This document shows positions 1-10,717 of a DNA stretch of 64,000 nt, one piece after another; the first letter of the stretch is position 1, and each line of letters starts with the position of its first letter. The stretch lies in contig CAMDRT010000023.1 of NCBI GenBank assembly GCA_945906815.1, positions 3,740 to 67,739 of the forward strand, written 5' to 3'. The notes below the pieces were generated by a model. It was not told where the DNA came from. It saw only the letters and a program-made list of their open reading frames with translations, and did no database searches. Origin of the DNA: Bordetella parapertussis (GTDB lineage Bacteria > Pseudomonadota > Gammaproteobacteria > Burkholderiales > SG8-41). Both the position numbers and the translations under genes were made by a program.

Positions 1-2
1 CG

Positions 3-149
3 CCCGTCAAAAAGAACGAGCAGTTTCAAATTGCCGTGCGCGATATGAACGCCAGCACTCAGGTCAATGTATTGACCAAGGATGGCAGGCAGGAGCAGTC
101 GGCCACGGCGAACCGCATACTCAATTTGCTGCTAGAGCAATTGCGCTAG
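3..149 (+). CDS. 3' end of an unidentified protein (partial, enters from window edge)
   Basis: The frame is open from the window edge to TAG at 147-149. The translated tail is ...FQIAVRDMNASTQVNVLTKDGRQEQSATANRILNLLLEQLR. It is too short to assign a family. Confidence 0.4.
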   Translation, partial: PVKKNEQFQIAVRDMNASTQVNVLTKDGRQEQSATANRILNLLLEQLR

Positions 150-154
150 GGCTG

Positions 155-246
155 GAAGCGTGAAGAGTGCAAGGTGAAGCGTGAAGGGTAAAAGTGGGAG
201 ACTGCGGTGTGTTGGTCTTACGCTTCACGCTTCATGCTTCACGCTG
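155..246. repeat. Intergenic inverted array of heptamer units (GTGAAGC/GTGAAGG vs GCTTCAC)
   Basis: The left arm is gaagcgtgaagagtgcaaggtgaagcgtgaagggtaaaag. The right arm is cttacgcttcacgcttcatgcttcacgct, an imperfect reverse complement. It lies between a stop codon and the next start. Confidence 0.7.
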
Positions 247-261
247 CACAGGCGGTAAAAG

Positions 262-1029
262 GTGCGCTTTGCATCGCTGGGCAGCGGCAGTGAAGGCAAC
301 GGCCTGGTGGTCCACGCGGACGGCACTCACCTTCTGCTGGATTGCGGTTTCGGGCTAGCCGATACCGCGCGGCGTCTGGGCCGGCTCGGCCTCACCCCGG
401 AAAATATCGATGCTATCGTGGTGACGCACGAGCATGACGATCATGTCGGTGGCGCGCCGCGCTTCGCGCGCAAGCACGACATTCCCATCTATCTGACGCA
501 TGGCACCCTGATGGCTGCCGGCGTGTCGCGCTTCGAAGGCGTGGTGGTGAATGTTATCGACAGCCACATCGCGCTGGCGCTGAACGACATGGAGTTGCGG
601 CCGTTTCCGGTGCCGCATGACGCGCGCGAGCCCACGCAGTTTGTGTTCAGCGATGGTGACAAATCACTGGGAGTGCTGACCGACACCGGCACCTCCACCC
701 CTCATATCGAAGTGATGCTGTCCACGGTGGATGCGCTGGTGCTGGAATGCAATCACGACCTGGAACTGCTGATGGCCAGCGCCTATCCGCATACGCTCAA
801 GCAGCGCATTGCCGGACCGCTGGGGCATCTGGCTAATGGCACGGCCTCGGGCTTGTTGCAGGCGCTGCCGCAGGGCCGCATGCAGCACGTGATCGCCGCG
901 CATCTGTCCAAACAGAACAATACACCGGCATTGGCGCAACGCGCGCTGGCGCAGGCGCTGGGTTGCGAAGACGATTGGATAGCGGTGGCGACGCAGGACG
1001 AGGGATTTTCCTGGCGCGATATCGCCTGA
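262..1029 (+). CDS. MBL-fold metallo-hydrolase
   Basis: 255-aa ORF with a GTG start. It has the GSGSEGNG N-terminus and the HEHDDHVGG (HxHxDH) metal-binding motif typical of the metallo-beta-lactamase superfamily. Confidence 0.8.
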   Translation: MRFASLGSGSEGNGLVVHADGTHLLLDCGFGLADTARRLGRLGLTPENIDAIVVTHEHDDHVGGAPRFARKHDIPIYLTHGTLMAAGVSRFEGVVVNVIDSHIALALNDMELRPFPVPHDAREPTQFVFSDGDKSLGVLTDTGTSTPHIEVMLSTVDALVLECNHDLELLMASAYPHTLKQRIAGPLGHLANGTASGLLQALPQGRMQHVIAAHLSKQNNTPALAQRALAQALGCEDDWIAVATQDEGFSWRDIA

Positions 1030-1051
1030 CGCATTCAGGGCAAGCAGCAAC

Positions 1052-1084
1052 AAAAAAACCGGCCCTTCGAAAAGGGCCGGTTTT
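1052..1084. terminator. Bidirectional Rho-independent terminator
   Basis: An A7 run is followed by the stem ccggccctt / aagggccgg with loop cgaa, then TTTT. It sits between the convergent genes ending at 1029 (+) and 1109 (-). Confidence 0.75.
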
Positions 1085-1108
1085 GTATGCCGCTACTACT
1101 TGCAGTGA

Positions 1109-1360
1109 TTACTTTTTCGCTGCGTCTTTGGGTGCTTCAGCGGCTTTGGGTGCTTCAGCAGCTTTGGGTGCTTCAGCAGCAGCAGGTGCAGCAGCCGGTG
1201 CAGCAGCGTCGGCTTTCGGCGCTTCAGCAGGCTTGGCAGCTTCGGCAGGCTTAGCAGCTTCGGGAGCCGGCGCAGCGGCAGGTTTCGGTGCGGGCTTGTC
1301 GCCGCAGGCGGTAAGACCAAGCGCCAGCAGGGCGGCAGCAATCAGGGTACGTGTCATCAT
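1109..1360 (-). CDS. Small lipoprotein with Ala/Pro/Lys-rich repeats
   Basis: 83 aa. Signal peptide with lipobox (LGLTAC). The remainder is low-complexity AAKPAEA / EAPKAA repeats encoded by tandem ~18-nt DNA repeats. Confidence 0.65.
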   Translation of the reverse strand: MMTRTLIAAALLALGLTACGDKPAPKPAAAPAPEAAKPAEAAKPAEAPKADAAAPAAAPAAAEAPKAAEAPKAAEAPKDAAKK

Positions 1361-1587
1361 GGTATTTCCCTTCGAAGGTGAAAAAACTTTTTTTAATTAA
1401 ATTGAAGCACTGTGAACTATTGTGTAGGCCAGCTTAAGTCCGGCCATTCAAGCTACTGACCCATAGCCTATGCGCCAGTGGGTTGAAGCGGCGCGAATTT
1501 TAACTCGCGGACGTATGCTTGTCCACCAGAGGTTCATGCAAAGAGAGGAATGGCGCTTGATTTTGAAGGTGTTTTTCGCCGCACGCA

Positions 1588-2088
1588 CTACAGTCCGCCC
1601 GGCGCCGCCGGGCTGACGGGTGCGGATGCCTCCCACAATTCCGCATGGCGATCAAGCAATTGCCCAGTGCCTTCCATATCGTGGGTCCCTTGCGCCGCCC
1701 GCATATGGGCGTGGTGAAATCGATGCAGATAGTGACTGGCGTCAAAAATCACGAAGGGGTCGTAGAGGTGGTGCGCCATTTTTGGTGTTTGCCTGATTTT
1801 GAAGGCGTGTCCAAAATCGCGCTGCAGATCCAGCAGACGCGGTAACTGGCGCCCGATACCTTCGGTTTCGTGCACCACCACCCACAAACGGTTGGCGGGG
1901 TTGCGCCGCAGAAACTCGCGCAGCAGGGTGTTGCGTACCGGGGTGTTCCACGCCACCGGCAGCGCGCGCTCAAAGACGCGAATGCAGGTTTGCGTTTGCG
2001 CGATCAGCGCGTCGCTCAGCGCTTCATATTCCTTGAAGCTCGCGAAGCGCCGGTAGTCGGCGTGGGGCAGCGCTGATCCCGCTGTCAT
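1588..2088 (-). CDS. Hypothetical protein
   Basis: 166-aa ORF immediately downstream of the cupin gene (7-nt spacer). The codon pattern resembles its neighbours. No motif recognised. Confidence 0.5.
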   Translation of the reverse strand: MTAGSALPHADYRRFASFKEYEALSDALIAQTQTCIRVFERALPVAWNTPVRNTLLREFLRRNPANRLWVVVHETEGIGRQLPRLLDLQRDFGHAFKIRQTPKMAHHLYDPFVIFDASHYLHRFHHAHMRAAQGTHDMEGTGQLLDRHAELWEASAPVSPAAPGGL

Positions 2089-2094
2089 GATGCC

Positions 2095-3222
2095 TCAGAT
2101 TTCGAGGTATCCCGCGCAGTACCAGGCGTGCAGCAGGCGCAGGGTGGCGGCCGACGGCGCGCAGGCACCGCTCTCGCGTTGATCCGCCAGACGCATCAAC
2201 TGCGCGCGGTCAGGACCGTCGCAACGATGGTGTTCACCGTTGATATAAAAATGCCCGCCGCTAAACAGCATGCGCGCCGGCAGTGCCAGGCGCACGCCCT
2301 TGGCTGCGACGCGCCTGGCAAATGCCGGCAACGCCGCCGGGCGGCGCGGCCGGCGGAACACGGTTTGCGCCTTGGGTTCGCTCAAATAGCGCCCGCAAAA
2401 GTGACGCACGTCGCTGTCACTCCAGCGTATGCGTTTGATTACGCGCGAGAACTTTTCCAGCATCATGGACGGCAGTTGCGCCGGGTGTTTTTGCAGCGCC
2501 AGGTCGCGATCCTGGTAGATGCCGGGCAGTTGCAGTTCGTCCTGCACATACTCTAGAAAGCGCGTGGCCAGTTCCTGCGTGCGCGGTGCGCGAAAGCCCA
2601 CCGATAACGTCATGCACGTGTCGAGGGCAACCCCCTCGTGCGCGCATCGTGGCGGCAGGTAGAGCAGATCACCGCGCTCGCTTATCCATTCCCGGGTAGG
2701 GTGAAAACGCTTGAGTATGCGCAGCGGCGCGTTCTCCAAAAGATCGGCATCCCGCTGTGCGCTCTGCGCGTCGATGCGCCAGCGCCGTGTGCCTGCGCCT
2801 TGCAGCAAAAAAACATCATAGCTGTCAAAGTGCGGCCCGACGCCGCCGCCGGTTGGCGCGTAACTCACCATTAAATCGTCGAGACGCGCGTGCGGAACAA
2901 AGGAAAATCGCTGCAACAGGCGGGCGGCTTCGGCGTGGTGTTGCTCAATGCCTTGCACCAGCAAGGTCCAGCCGTGCGCGGGCATACGCCGCCATTGCGC
3001 CCGTGACCACGCAAACGGACCGTGTTGCACGCTCCAGCGGCCGCGCGTTTTTGTCACCAGTCGCGATTCAACCTCATCGCGCGCGGCCCACTCAAACAGG
3101 ACCTCGGGCTGCAGCCACGCGCCACAATCGGGAAGTGCGTTGCGCACGAACAAAGGCCGCTTCTGCCAATGCTGGTGCAAAAATTTCGCGTGAGTCAGTG
3201 GGCCGAGCAAACCTTGTGCCAT
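2095..3222 (-). CDS. Cupin-4/JmjC-type ribosomal oxygenase-like protein (YcfD/RoxA-like)
   Basis: The N-terminus MAQGLLGPLTHAKFLHQHWQKRPLFVRNALP resembles YcfD, with HFDSYDVFLLQ (HxD) and AHEGVA in the cupin core. The start is moved to the ATG at 3222 because the 13-aa upstream extension in the ORF track looks non-native. Confidence 0.7.
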   Translation of the reverse strand: MAQGLLGPLTHAKFLHQHWQKRPLFVRNALPDCGAWLQPEVLFEWAARDEVESRLVTKTRGRWSVQHGPFAWSRAQWRRMPAHGWTLLVQGIEQHHAEAARLLQRFSFVPHARLDDLMVSYAPTGGGVGPHFDSYDVFLLQGAGTRRWRIDAQSAQRDADLLENAPLRILKRFHPTREWISERGDLLYLPPRCAHEGVALDTCMTLSVGFRAPRTQELATRFLEYVQDELQLPGIYQDRDLALQKHPAQLPSMMLEKFSRVIKRIRWSDSDVRHFCGRYLSEPKAQTVFRRPRRPAALPAFARRVAAKGVRLALPARMLFSGGHFYINGEHHRCDGPDRAQLMRLADQRESGACAPSAATLRLLHAWYCAGYLEI

Positions 3223-3352
3223 AGGTACGATTATAGTCGCCGCGTGGTCACGGTGAAACAAACCCCGGCGCGCCTGCTATGCATTGTACGAATTCCGCTA
3301 CAATCGCACCTTGTTGACAAAGGATGTCATCCCTGAGGCAGGCAAGGGCCGC

Positions 3353-3844
3353 ATGCTACAGACGGGACAAACCGCGCCGGCGTTTGAGCTGCCGGATGCC
3401 GATATGAATGTGGTGACGCTGGCGAGCTTGCGTAGCCATAATATTGTTTTATATTTTTACCCGCACGATGACACTGCGGGCTGCACCATCGAAGCCATCG
3501 ATTTCAGTGATCGGGATGATGCCTTCGCGAAACTGAAAGCCGTGGTGTTGGGGGTGAGCATGGATGACTTTATGTCGCACGGTGATTTTCGCGACAAGCA
3601 TGGCTTGTCCGTGCAATTGCTGTCGGATACGGATGGGGAAGTGTGCAGGTGCTACGGCGTGTTGCAGGAAAAAACCTACGATGGCCGACAAATACTGTGC
3701 ATACAGCGTTCGACGTTCATCATCGACGGCAAGGGAACGATCAGACATGCGCTGTATGGCGTGAGCCCGCGCGGCCACGCTGACGCGGTGCTGGATCTGG
3801 TGAAGGCATTGAGTGAACGGGAAGTCAAGGTCAGGAAAAAATGA
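3353..3844 (+). CDS. bcp: Peroxiredoxin, Bcp/AhpC-TSA family
   Basis: GQTAPAFELPD...VLYFYPHDDTAGCTIEA is a peroxiredoxin active-site context. The likely start is the ATG at 3353, inside the longer track ORF. The stop overlaps the slyD start (ATGA). Confidence 0.75.
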   Translation: MLQTGQTAPAFELPDADMNVVTLASLRSHNIVLYFYPHDDTAGCTIEAIDFSDRDDAFAKLKAVVLGVSMDDFMSHGDFRDKHGLSVQLLSDTDGEVCRCYGVLQEKTYDGRQILCIQRSTFIIDGKGTIRHALYGVSPRGHADAVLDLVKALSEREVKVRKK

Positions 3845-4320
3845 ACATAGCGCACAACACAGTGGTATCTCTTGCGTACGAGCTCTACGACGCGGACGGC
3901 AATTTGATTGAAAAGGCGCAGGACCCGCTGGTGTATCTGCATGGCGGCCATGCGGGAATATTTCCTCTGGTGGAACAGGCGCTGGAAGGCAAGGCCGTGG
4001 GTGAGGTTTGTCAGGTGCGTTTAACCCCGTCGGACGCTTTCGGTGAATACGATGCGGAACTCATGCGCGTCGAGACGCGCGACAAATTTCCCGCCACCAT
4101 CACGGTGGGCATGCAATTCGAGGGGCCTGCGGAGAAAACCCAGGAAACCATCGTCTACACCGTAACCGATATTGCCGAAGATAAAGTGGTGGTGGACGGC
4201 AATCATCCGCTGGCGGGGCAGACGCTGAATTTTCAGTGCACCGTGGCGCACGTGCGCGCGGCCACCGAGGAGGAGTTGTCGCACGGGCATGTGCACGGCG
4301 CGCATGGGCATCATCACTGA
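3841..4320 (+). CDS. slyD: FKBP-type peptidyl-prolyl isomerase SlyD
   Basis: SlyD-like N-terminus (VVSLAYELYDADGNLIE...), the DGNHPLAGQTLNF motif and a His-rich C-terminal tail (HGHVHGAHGHHH). Confidence 0.85.
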   Translation: MNIAHNTVVSLAYELYDADGNLIEKAQDPLVYLHGGHAGIFPLVEQALEGKAVGEVCQVRLTPSDAFGEYDAELMRVETRDKFPATITVGMQFEGPAEKTQETIVYTVTDIAEDKVVVDGNHPLAGQTLNFQCTVAHVRAATEEELSHGHVHGAHGHHH

Positions 4321-4405
4321 AGGGCGGTTTTTTTAGTGCTGAGTGCTGAGTGCTGAGTAGACTACTCGCGCGCAATCAAACGCAACAGCCCTCAACACGG
4401 CACCT

Positions 4406-5311
4406 TCAACTCCCCGGCGTTACCGAGAAACTCACCTTCCCGTTGTGGTGCGTGACCTGCACCCGTACCCAGTTTACGAGTGGAGAGCCGAACACCTCAA
4501 TACGCGTGAAGTTGCGCAGCGCCTGTTGCGAACGCGTATCCAGCAACGGCTGGTCGACACGAAAGCGGTGCGTGTCGCCGTGTATCAATAGCACCTCACC
4601 GCGGAAGTGCAATGTTTCGCGCGTGATCGCTGCCATCAGTCCGGCATAAGGGGTTTTCACCGCGCCGCTGTTTGCCCACGGGTTGGCCTGCATTGCGAGT
4701 ACCACGGCATCCTGCCCCTGCGCGCGCGCAGACGCAAAGGTGGCGGCGACCCACGCCTCGTTGGCTTTGTCGCGTGCCGCCATTTCAGCAGGCATGCGCG
4801 CATTGTTGTTACTGCCCGGCACATTCAGCGTGGCGAACAGTATTCCTGCATGCGGCCAGCGCGCGTTTTCAGGATACGCCTCGCTTTGCCGTGCCAAGGC
4901 AATCTTGCGCTGGCCGAGTGAATTGCCATCCGCAAAAAACAGGCTGCGCAATTTTTGCAGACGCTCCAGCGGATCGCTGGCGGCGCCTAACGCGCGATGG
5001 CAATCCGTCCATTCATTGTCGCCGGGTGTGTAAATCAACGGGGGGTGCAGCAACGCGAACGCGTCGCGGCGCTGTATGAACAGCGCGTCGGTGCAAGGCG
5101 ACCAGCCGCTTTTAAAATCACCCACATGAATTACAAATGCCGGCGCTTCGCGATTGATCTCGGCAAGCATGCCGATATGCCGTGCCTCTTCTTCTTCGGT
5201 GTAGGGTGTATCGCCAAACGCCGCGAAGGTGAAAGCGTTTTGTGCCGCTGCCGGGGCAGCGCAAACCACCCCAAGAAAAAGCCCGGCGAGCCAGCGAGTT
5301 AGCGCTGGCAT
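4406..5311 (-). CDS. Secreted metallophosphoesterase (calcineurin-like)
   Basis: Signal peptide ending AAAQNA. GDTPY and HVGDF motifs, plus a later GDNEW motif, are typical of calcineurin-like phosphoesterases. Confidence 0.7.
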   Translation of the reverse strand: MPALTRWLAGLFLGVVCAAPAAAQNAFTFAAFGDTPYTEEEEARHIGMLAEINREAPAFVIHVGDFKSGWSPCTDALFIQRRDAFALLHPPLIYTPGDNEWTDCHRALGAASDPLERLQKLRSLFFADGNSLGQRKIALARQSEAYPENARWPHAGILFATLNVPGSNNNARMPAEMAARDKANEAWVAATFASARAQGQDAVVLAMQANPWANSGAVKTPYAGLMAAITRETLHFRGEVLLIHGDTHRFRVDQPLLDTRSQQALRNFTRIEVFGSPLVNWVRVQVTHHNGKVSFSVTPGS

Positions 5312-5364
5312 GGCGAAAAGTTCATAGAGAATAATTATTATAACTAATTGTTTTAAAAGGAAAT

Positions 5365-7935
5365 TTATGAATCCAATTGTTTGCGCAGCTGATACAATAA
5401 TTGCAGCGCGTCACGCGGGGTGAGTGCATCGGGATCGACCGCGCGCAGCAACCCTAGCACGGCAGGTTCTACTGGCGCTTCAAGTTCCGGCGCGGCGGCG
5501 GCTGCGGAAAACAAATCGCCCTGCGGATGGGCGGCTGCGCTTTTTTGTTCCAGCGCCTGCAAATTGCGGCGCGCGGCGCGGATCACGCTCGACGGCACGC
5601 CAGCCAACTGCGCCACCTGCAGGCCGTAACTTTGATTGGCGGGCCCTTCTTCGACGCTGTGCAGAAAAACGATGTGATCCTTGTGCTCAACCGCATCGAA
5701 ATGTACATTGGCGATTTCCCTGAAGCGCACGGCGAGTTCGGTCAACTCAAAATAGTGTGTCGCGAACAGCGTGTAACAGCGATTTTTTTCCAGCAGATGC
5801 CGTGCGATGGCTCCCGCCAGCGCGAGGCCGTCGTAGGTTGATGTGCCGCGGCCGATTTCATCCATCAGCACCAGGCTCTTAGGCGTGGCATGATGCAGTA
5901 TGTACGCCGCCTCCGTCATCTCGACCATAAAGGTGGAGCGTCCGCCCGCCAGATCGTCGGCAGCACCGATGCGCGTGAAGATCTGATCCACCGGGCCGAT
6001 GCGCGCCTGCTTCGCGGGCACGAAACAACCGCAATGCGCCAGCAGCACGATAATCGCATTCTGCCGCATATAGGTGGATTTGCCGCCCATGTTGGGTCCG
6101 GTGATCAACAGCATCTGCCGTTCTGGCGCAAGCCGTGTGTCGTTGGCGATGAATTGATCGACTTGCGACTGCACCACCGGGTGGCGGCCGCCGTCAATTT
6201 CGATAACGGCGTCGTCGGTGAATTGCGGCGCAATCCAGTCGAGTGCCGCAGCGCGTTCGGCAAACGTCACCAGTAAGTCGAGTTCCGCCAGCGCGGCCGC
6301 TGCCCGTTGCAAAGGCGCAATGTGTGGCGCCAGCACGTCGAGCACCTGCTCATACAACAGTTTTTCGCGGGCCAGCGCGCGCTCCTGCGCCGACAGTGCT
6401 TTGTCCTCGAAGGTTTTCAGTTCCGGCGTGATGTAACGCTCGGCGTTCTTCAGCGTTTGGCGGCGGCGGTAATCGTCGGGCACTTTATCGCTTTGCGCGC
6501 GCGTGACTTCGATATAAAAACCATGTACACGGTTGTATTCAACCTTGAGCGTGCTGATGCCGGTACGTGCCTTTTCGCGCACTTCCAGCGCCAGCAGAAA
6601 TTCACCGCAGTTCATCTGTATGCCGCGCAGTTCATCGAGATCGCTGTCGTAGCCATCGGCGATCACGCCACCTTCGCGCAATACGCTGGAGGGTTCGGGT
6701 TGTATCGCGGCGGCAAGCAGGACTGCAAGATCATCGCCCAGCGCCAGGGGTTGGGTGATGGCGTGGATACGCTCACCCACAGAGCCGGAAGTGAGCAGGC
6801 GCAGCGCCGGCAGTTGCCGCAAGGTATCGCGCAGACCCGACAGATCGCGCGGACGCGCGGTTTTGAGCGCGATGCGTGAGGTGATGCGCTCCACATCCAC
6901 AAAGGTGCGCAGCACCGCGTGGATGCGTTCATGGCCGTTGCCGGCCAGCAGCTCAGCGATAGCGGCATGACGGGCGCGCAGCAGAGCGCGGTCGGTCAAG
7001 GGGTGATGCAGCGCATGGCGCAACAGGCGGCTGCCCATCGCTGTGGCGCAGTGGTCGAGTAGAGAAAGCAGTGTCGGCGCAGGTTCGCCGCGCAGGGTTT
7101 CACTGAGTTCAAGATTGCGCCGCGTCGCCGGGTCCATGCGCACCCATGCGCTCGATTGCTCCACGCTGAGTGCGCGCAAGTGCGCAACCGCCGCCCCCTG
7201 CGTGGTTTTCACGTAATCGAGCAGGGCGTTGGCGGCGCCCACCGCAATGGTCATTTGCTCCGCGCCGAAACCGGAAAGATCGTGGGTGCCGAATTGCTGG
7301 CACAAATTGCGCCGTGCGGCATCGATATCAAAATGCCACGGCGCTATGCGGCGCAGCGGAATCTTCAGGCTGTCGCTGCGCAGAGTATCCAAACCTTCCG
7401 CTGCAAGAATTTCCGCTGGGCGCAGCCGCTCAAGCTCGGCGTCAAGATTGCTCCATGCGGTTTCACTGATGGCGAAGCGGCCCGAGGCGAGCGACAGCCA
7501 CGCAATGCCCAGAGTATCGCGCACCCGGTGCAGCGCCAGCAGAATGTTGTCGCGTTTGTCATCGAGCAGCGCCGCATCGGTCAGCGTGCCGGGCGTGACC
7601 ACGCGTGTGACCTTGCGCTCGACCGGGCCTTTGGCGGTCGCCGGGTCGCCGATCTGCTCGCACATCGCCACCGACTCGCCAAGCTTCACCAGTTTGGCCA
7701 GATATTGCTCGGCTGCATGATACGGCACGCCCGCCATTTTGATCGGCACCCCCGCCGAGGTGCCGCGGCTGGTGAGCGTGATGTCGAGCAGGCGCGACGC
7801 GCGCTCGGCATCGTCAAAAAACATCTCATAAAAATCGCCCATCCGGTAGAACAACAGCTTATCCGGATGCTCGGCCTTGATGCGCAGATACTGCTGCATC
7901 ATGGGCGTGTGCTTACTATAAGTGGGATCGTTCAA
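5365..7935 (-). CDS. mutS: DNA mismatch repair protein MutS
   Basis: 856 aa. [18 protein letters not shown]-terminus, Walker [15 protein letters not shown], and [14 protein letters not shown]. Confidence 0.97.
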   Translation of the reverse strand: MNDPTYSKHTPMMQQYLRIKAEHPDKLLFYRMGDFYEMFFDDAERASRLLDITLTSRGTSAGVPIKMAGVPYHAAEQYLAKLVKLGESVAMCEQIGDPATAKGPVERKVTRVVTPGTLTDAALLDDKRDNILLALHRVRDTLGIAWLSLASGRFAISETAWSNLDAELERLRPAEILAAEGLDTLRSDSLKIPLRRIAPWHFDIDAARRNLCQQFGTHDLSGFGAEQMTIAVGAANALLDYVKTTQGAAVAHLRALSVEQSSAWVRMDPATRRNLELSETLRGEPAPTLLSLLDHCATAMGSRLLRHALHHPLTDRALLRARHAAIAELLAGNGHERIHAVLRTFVDVERITSRIALKTARPRDLSGLRDTLRQLPALRLLTSGSVGERIHAITQPLALGDDLAVLLAAAIQPEPSSVLREGGVIADGYDSDLDELRGIQMNCGEFLLALEVREKARTGISTLKVEYNRVHGFYIEVTRAQSDKVPDDYRRRQTLKNAERYITPELKTFEDKALSAQERALAREKLLYEQVLDVLAPHIAPLQRAAAALAELDLLVTFAERAAALDWIAPQFTDDAVIEIDGGRHPVVQSQVDQFIANDTRLAPERQMLLITGPNMGGKSTYMRQNAIIVLLAHCGCFVPAKQARIGPVDQIFTRIGAADDLAGGRSTFMVEMTEAAYILHHATPKSLVLMDEIGRGTSTYDGLALAGAIARHLLEKNRCYTLFATHYFELTELAVRFREIANVHFDAVEHKDHIVFLHSVEEGPANQSYGLQVAQLAGVPSSVIRAARRNLQALEQKSAAAHPQGDLFSAAAAAPELEAPVEPAVLGLLRAVDPDALTPRDALQLLYQLRKQLDS

Positions 7936-8033
7936 GTTACTGTCTTCCCGGCAAAAACTGCCTCTAACTATATGTGCGCGCTGACGAGCGTGCCCGGTTA
8001 TCGCGTGTGCATTTTGGATGGCAAGCCGCAGCG

Positions 8034-9737
8034 TTACTTGCTATGCATGCGCCACACGCCATCCCATTCGCGCGGCGGCTGGCGCAGCAGCAGTTCGCAG
8101 CGCTCGTGCAGCGTGGCAGCGGGACGGTCCGCCGGAGCGAGTTGCAGGCAGGTGCTGAAGCCCTCGCGGGCGGCCTCAAAGTTGCCTTGACGGTAGGCGG
8201 TCAGCGCTGCGGCGTAGCCCGAATACAGGTCCGCCGGGGACGGCAGCGGGTCTTCCTGCAGCCCCAGCAGCTCGAATACCGCGACCGGCTCGGTCTTGCC
8301 CACGACCGCAATGCTATCGATCTCGCGCACGTTTATGGCATCGCCCGCCATGTTTCGCGTGGTCTGATCCATCAGGATGTGGGTGCCGTACAGCTTGTTG
8401 GCGCCCTCCAGCCGCGAGCCCAAATTCACGGTATCCCCCATCACCGTGTAGCTGCGGGAGTAACGCGAGCCGATACTGCCGACGATCGCGTCACCCGAGG
8501 CGAGACCGACCCGCATGTCGATCAGCGGAACGTCCTTACGCAGACCGATGAGGTCGGGCAGGCGCGCCCGGAACGGATCCAGCGCCCGGTACTGCAGCAG
8601 CGCCGCGGTACAGGCAAAGCGCGCCTGGTCGGCCGCGGTGGCGAACGGCGGTGCCCAGAATGCCATCACAGAATCCCCGATGTATTTGTCGACGATGCCG
8701 TTCTGGTCGCGGATGCACTCGGACATCACTGAAAAATACTCGTTGACCAGCGTGACCAGCCCGCCCGGGCTCAGGCGCTCCGCCAGCGCCGTGAATGACA
8801 CCATGTCGGAAAAAAAGACCGTCACGATCTGCTTTTCGCCGCGGCTCGTCTGGTCGGCGCGACCCTCGAGCAGGCTCTGCACGATACGGGGATCGACATA
8901 CTGGCCAAACGTATCCTTGATCCGCTCCTTGGCGCGCAGCTCGACCAGCATGGTGTTGAAGGTTCGGGTGACTTCACCGATTTCATCACGCGTGGTGACC
9001 GGCACCGCTTCATCCAGCCGCCCCATCTGCACCGAGCGGGCACCCGCCTGCAAGCGCTGGATCGGCCGTACCAGGCCGCGGGAAATCAGCCACGCTAACA
9101 TTAGGCCCACTAGCGCCGCCATGGCGAGCACGCCCATACTGGCCTTGAGCGCGAGTTTCTCGTTGCGCTCGACGAATTCCGCCGCGGTCTTGACGAACTC
9201 CTGCATCTCCAGCGTGGCGCTATGCGCAATCCGTCGCAGCCGGTCGAGGTCTTCCCGCAGGCGGATGCCGAGCGCCGCCGTGGCGGTGCTGCCATCGTCG
9301 CTGCACATCCCGTCTCCATAGCCCGCGAGCCGACCCTGCGTGTGCCGCAATTCGTCCAGCATCGGCCCCACACGGGCGAACTGCAGCCTGTTTTTATCCG
9401 CTATCGCAAGCTGGCTGCCCAGCGTCCGCAGCGCCTCCGCGTGCCGCAGCAACTCGCCCAGCGCCTCGACATTGCGCTTGTAATCGGTCTTGCAATTTTC
9501 GGCGCCAATCGCGCCACTGCGCAGCTGTTCGAGCAGCAATCGAATCTCGAAAGTGCTGTCGTCGACGTTCTCCAGTTGCGCGGTCAGCGGGATCAGCGCG
9601 TGGGCAAGCGTCACGAGTTGCCGGTGGAGTTGTGAGCTCGTATGCACCGACCACGCCGCGGCCAGCACCATGATCAGCAACAGGCTGACCGCAACGCCGA
9701 AAATCTTGAATGAAATCGATCTAAGGAACATGGCCAT
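8034..9737 (-). CDS. Membrane-bound class III adenylate/guanylate cyclase with HAMP domain
   Basis: N-terminal TM helix, a periplasmic-type helical region, a second TM helix and a HAMP-like segment. The cyclase core is [16 protein letters not shown]...[12 protein letters not shown]. The C-terminal tail is TPR-like. Confidence 0.85.
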   Translation of the reverse strand: MAMFLRSISFKIFGVAVSLLLIMVLAAAWSVHTSSQLHRQLVTLAHALIPLTAQLENVDDSTFEIRLLLEQLRSGAIGAENCKTDYKRNVEALGELLRHAEALRTLGSQLAIADKNRLQFARVGPMLDELRHTQGRLAGYGDGMCSDDGSTATAALGIRLREDLDRLRRIAHSATLEMQEFVKTAAEFVERNEKLALKASMGVLAMAALVGLMLAWLISRGLVRPIQRLQAGARSVQMGRLDEAVPVTTRDEIGEVTRTFNTMLVELRAKERIKDTFGQYVDPRIVQSLLEGRADQTSRGEKQIVTVFFSDMVSFTALAERLSPGGLVTLVNEYFSVMSECIRDQNGIVDKYIGDSVMAFWAPPFATAADQARFACTAALLQYRALDPFRARLPDLIGLRKDVPLIDMRVGLASGDAIVGSIGSRYSRSYTVMGDTVNLGSRLEGANKLYGTHILMDQTTRNMAGDAINVREIDSIAVVGKTEPVAVFELLGLQEDPLPSPADLYSGYAAALTAYRQGNFEAAREGFSTCLQLAPADRPAATLHERCELLLRQPPREWDGVWRMHSK

Positions 9738-9769
9738 ACGCAGCCGCCTCCCGTTCGCTACCAGCAGGG

Positions 9770-10324
9770 TTAAGCCGGCGCAATGACTTCCACCTTGCCG
9801 TCGAGTGCCATCAGCAGCATCTCTACTTTGAGTTTCGGGTATTTTTCGGCGATCTGTGCCCTGAGTTCTTTGAGTTGTACGGCGTGGGTCTCCTTTTCGG
9901 TCTTCGGATCTTTCGCGTGCTCGGACCCGAGAATGACCTTGTAGGCGCCACAGTCCCGGTGATCCATTACGATGACCGTGTGAATGTTGTGCAGCTTGAT
10001 GGCGATATCAAGGTGCTCCCAAAAGGTCTTGTTCCATGCGGGGTACTTGGCAGTGATCGCGCCTAGGGATGCGCCCGCAAGGACAATGTGGTCGTACTTG
10101 TCCCTGAGCTTGCGGTTAGACATATAGCGCTCGATATCGTCCATCAGGCGAAAATCCATGCAGCTGAGCAGCAGTGCATCGGTTGCCCCGGCTGCGCGTG
10201 CGCTCGGCACGAGCGACGTAGCAGCCAGAAGGCTAGCCCCACCTCCCAGTGCGGCTACTTGAATGAACCTTCTCCGGCCATGCTCAAAAACGGTTGCGTA
10301 GGGCGATTCATGTTGCAGTTGCAT
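9770..10324 (-). CDS. Tat-exported beta-carbonic-anhydrase-like protein
   Basis: Twin-arginine signal (GRRRFIQVAALGGGASLL...ARA). SCMDFR and HRDCGAY resemble the CxDxR / HxxC zinc-ligand motifs of beta-class carbonic anhydrases. Confidence 0.55.
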   Translation of the reverse strand: MQLQHESPYATVFEHGRRRFIQVAALGGGASLLAATSLVPSARAAGATDALLLSCMDFRLMDDIERYMSNRKLRDKYDHIVLAGASLGAITAKYPAWNKTFWEHLDIAIKLHNIHTVIVMDHRDCGAYKVILGSEHAKDPKTEKETHAVQLKELRAQIAEKYPKLKVEMLLMALDGKVEVIAPA

Positions 10325-10717
10325 GGTTACCCCATTTCATTGGTTATACCCCATTGCTCAGGATTACGGTTTTCATCCGGTGCCCAATCAGGCTGTGGAA
10401 AAAAGCGATTCAGGGACCAGCTAAAACACGGGTTGACGGCCAGCGTGAGCCTGCGCCGGTAGCGGCGCATCGCCGAGCCGCAAGTATTGTATAGCGAGAT
10501 GGGCAAACTGAGGCGAGTCGCCGGCCGGCAGTGTTGCGGTTAAACTGAAGCCGGATCAGAGTGCGTTTATCAGCGGGTGATGGGCTCGGTATAAGCACGC
10601 TAAAGGCAGGAGCGGAGCATGCAAGATGTTGAATACTGTGCGCGCCATGGATGGCATGACCAAAGCAGCTTCCGTGCGCGCCGGCGCGCCGGCATCCGCA
10701 GCGGCGGCAGGCGCGTG

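Noticed and set aside
963-1400. 145-aa plus-strand ORF rich in Ala/Gly/Ser.
   Set aside because: It is the antisense reading of the Ala/Pro/Lys repeat lipoprotein gene. The minus-strand frame has a signal peptide and lipobox. The plus-strand frame runs through the bidirectional terminator.
7156-8190. 344-aa plus-strand ORF overlapping mutS and the cyclase gene.
   Set aside because: It is antisense to two well-supported genes and has an Arg/Ala-rich, motif-free translation typical of GC-rich shadow ORFs. The same reasoning applies to 18816-19820, 16175-16987, 59836-60843, 61456-62694, 22432-23265, 23105-23863 and 14367-15158.
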